41,592 nt of DNA, from NCBI RefSeq assembly GCF_006345805.1, contig NW_021835438.1:1-41592 (forward strand). The letters are read 5' to 3'. Within the stretch, counting starts at the first letter, position 1; each line of letters begins with the position of its first letter. This DNA is from Octopus sinensis (Eukaryota). Below are positions 39,425 to 41,592 of this stretch, one piece after another. A program made the translations under genes and the position numbers. Below the pieces are notes generated by a model that was given only the letters and a program-made list of their open reading frames with translations, was not told the DNA's origin and searched no databases.

Positions 39425-39884
39425 ATTTCCAAAAGACACAGACAAAAAGAAAATGTGTGAAAATGTGTGGAAAATGTATTAGTAAGACGCTCAGAGAAAG
39501 AAAAAAGTAGTAGTTTTAAGTTTGAAACATAGCTCTTTTTCGAAAACAGCAAAAGCAGGAAAGTCCAAGACGAAGGAGAAACAAGATCGCCATTAATCAC
39601 ATGCGTTACATTTCTGAAGTGATCGGTAGTAGAAGGAATGAAGAAAAAGCGCTTTCTGGGACTGGAAAGTCTGAAAATGGTCAGTGTGTGTGTGTGTGTT
39701 AGCATGTGTGTGTGTTAGCGTGTGTGTGGTAGCGCCTTTATGTATGGTAGCGTGTGCGGTACTACGTGTGTGTGCGTGGTAGCGTGTGTGTGTGAGTGTG
39801 TTATGTGTGTGGGGTGTAGCGCGTGAGTGTGGTTGGTAGTAACTGTGTGCATGTTTGTGTACGTAGTCTGTGTGTTTGAGTGTT

Positions 39885-39920
<36 letters not shown>

Positions 39921-40239
39921 TTTGTGTCTGTGCGAGTGTGCGTATGCGTGTGTGCTGTAGGATCTGTGTACGTGTATGTTAATTTCGTTCGGTGTGGTCA
40001 GCAGCTATAGGTGTTTGAATCGATGGGTGTAGAAGTGTGTGTGTGTGTGTGTGCGTGTTTGCATGTATGCCTAGATGGAAGGGTCAGTAGTCAGTCAGAG
40101 GCTGAGGCAGTGCTAAGAGGATGTGAGAATGCGTGGGTGTGGCTGTGTGACTGGATGGGGATGGCTGTGGGTGTGCGTATTGGCATGTGTGCTTAGACGG
40201 AGAGGGGATGTGTACATGTGTATGGGTGCGTGAGTGTCA

Positions 40240-40282
<43 letters not shown>

Positions 40283-40500
40283 TAAATGTGTGTGTGTGTA
40301 CGCGTGTTCGTGTGGGTAGTGTGTGAGGATATATATATATATATCCTCACACATCCCCACACTACCCACACGAACACGCATACACACACACGCATTTATA
40401 TATATAGATAGATAGATATGTGTGAGTGTCTGTGTGTGTGAGATCATGTGCGTGTGTGAGTATGCGTATGCGTATGTCTCTCTCAATCTTTCCCTATAAT
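39095..40500 (-). repeat. Inverted, diverged copy of the CA-rich unit and flank at about 18874-20150
   Basis: CAAATATTATTAAGATACATAC, GTTACATTTCTGAAGTGATCGG, GCTATAGGTGTTTGAATCGATGGG and TCTCTCAATCTTTCCC are reverse complements of blocks in 18880-19940. Confidence 0.8.
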
Positions 40501-40506
40501 ATACAT

Positions 40507-40544
<38 letters not shown>

Positions 40545-40548
<4 letters not shown>

Positions 40549-40800
40549 TATATAGAAGGAGCTTCTACAGGACTAGAACTGTTTCATTCAGGAGAAATCT
40601 TCAGGAAGCTAGTTAACAAGAATTGTATTGGCATTTATACATTTAGGCAGGTTTATAGGGGTGGTGGTGGGGGACTTTTTGGGGGTAGGCATAGCGCAAA
40701 AAAATCATACTTGGGGGAGTGGTCAAGGAGTCAGTGGTAAATTAGAAGAGTAAATAAAAGAATAAAAAAAGAATAAAAAAATAATAAAAAAATATAAAAT
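40545..40800 (-). mobile_element. Solo Penelope-like terminal repeat (pLTR)
   Basis: Hammerhead motif followed by TATAATAAATATATA and a TA microsatellite tail, the usual PLE 3' layout; the upstream boundary is approximate. Confidence 0.55.
40560..40610 (-). ncRNA. Candidate type I hammerhead ribozyme
   Basis: AGCUUC-CUGAAGA-UUUCUCCUGAAU-GAAA-CAG-UUCUAGUC-CUG-UA-GAAGCU: 6-bp stem I, intact core, 4-bp stem III, GUA cleavage triplet; stem II closes with U-U rather than G-C. Confidence 0.65.
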
Positions 40801-40882
40801 TATATACAAGAATAGGATTTTAGGTAAATAAGGAAATTCTCAACACATACACATATACATACACACATAGATACACACCACC

Positions 40883-40960
<78 letters not shown>

Positions 40961-41227
40961 CACACACACACATATACATACATATATCTACATATATATA
41001 TATATATACATATACATATACATACATACACATATACATGCATATACATATACACACACACATGTATATATACACACCACACGACCACACATACACATAC
41101 ACACAAAAATATACATACACACACATACACATACTCACATACACACACATATCCACATACACACATGCACACACAACACACAAGTCCCTATATACTCATA
41201 TATACATATACACATACATGTATGCAT

Positions 41228-41297
<70 letters not shown>

Positions 41298-41592
41298 CAT
41301 ACATATGTGTACCCATTCATACACATATATGTATGTATACACACACACACACACATACATATATATACACATACATACATACATATGTGTACCTATTCAT
41401 ACCTACACATACACACATATATACATACAATTACAAACCCATTCCCTAATTTTAATTTTATTATCTTCATTTATTACTTTTGTTATCTTTGACCGCTGGT
41501 CACAAACATCTTGGCTAGTCCCTTTTATCTTTCTACTTGAGCACAAGCACTCACTCACGCACGCACACTCATTAGCACGCACACACACTCTC

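Overview
Eukaryotic, AT-rich genomic DNA packed with microsatellites. The SINE and LINE families look like those of octopus (coleoid cephalopod); this is inferred from repeat recognition, not a database search. The only convincing host genes are two tandem minus-strand paralogs (6660/6580-8057 and 15924-17411). Each is one uninterrupted ORF with a TATA box about 100 nt upstream, encoding a secreted protein with a signal peptide, six sushi/CCP modules and an unrecognised 8-Cys C-terminal domain. Copy 1 has a 1-bp deletion that removes most of this domain, although the downstream frame is still intact. The paralogs are about 98% identical across CCP3-CCP5 but strongly diverged in the Cys domain. 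A third promoter copy with no CDS lies at about 9.0-9.2 kb. The rest is transposon landscape: a full-length decayed mariner, other Tc1/mariner relics, several Penelope-like remnants (one with a near-canonical type I hammerhead ribozyme at 40560-40610, minus strand), two CR1-like LINEs (one with an unusual trihelix + CCCH + APE ORF), a near full-length RTE LINE, Helitron-type non-autonomous elements, tRNA-type SINEs, long fold-back/MITE palindromes and local duplications. Most ORFs in the supplied track are microsatellite artefacts. No rRNA, true tRNA or CRISPR array was seen.
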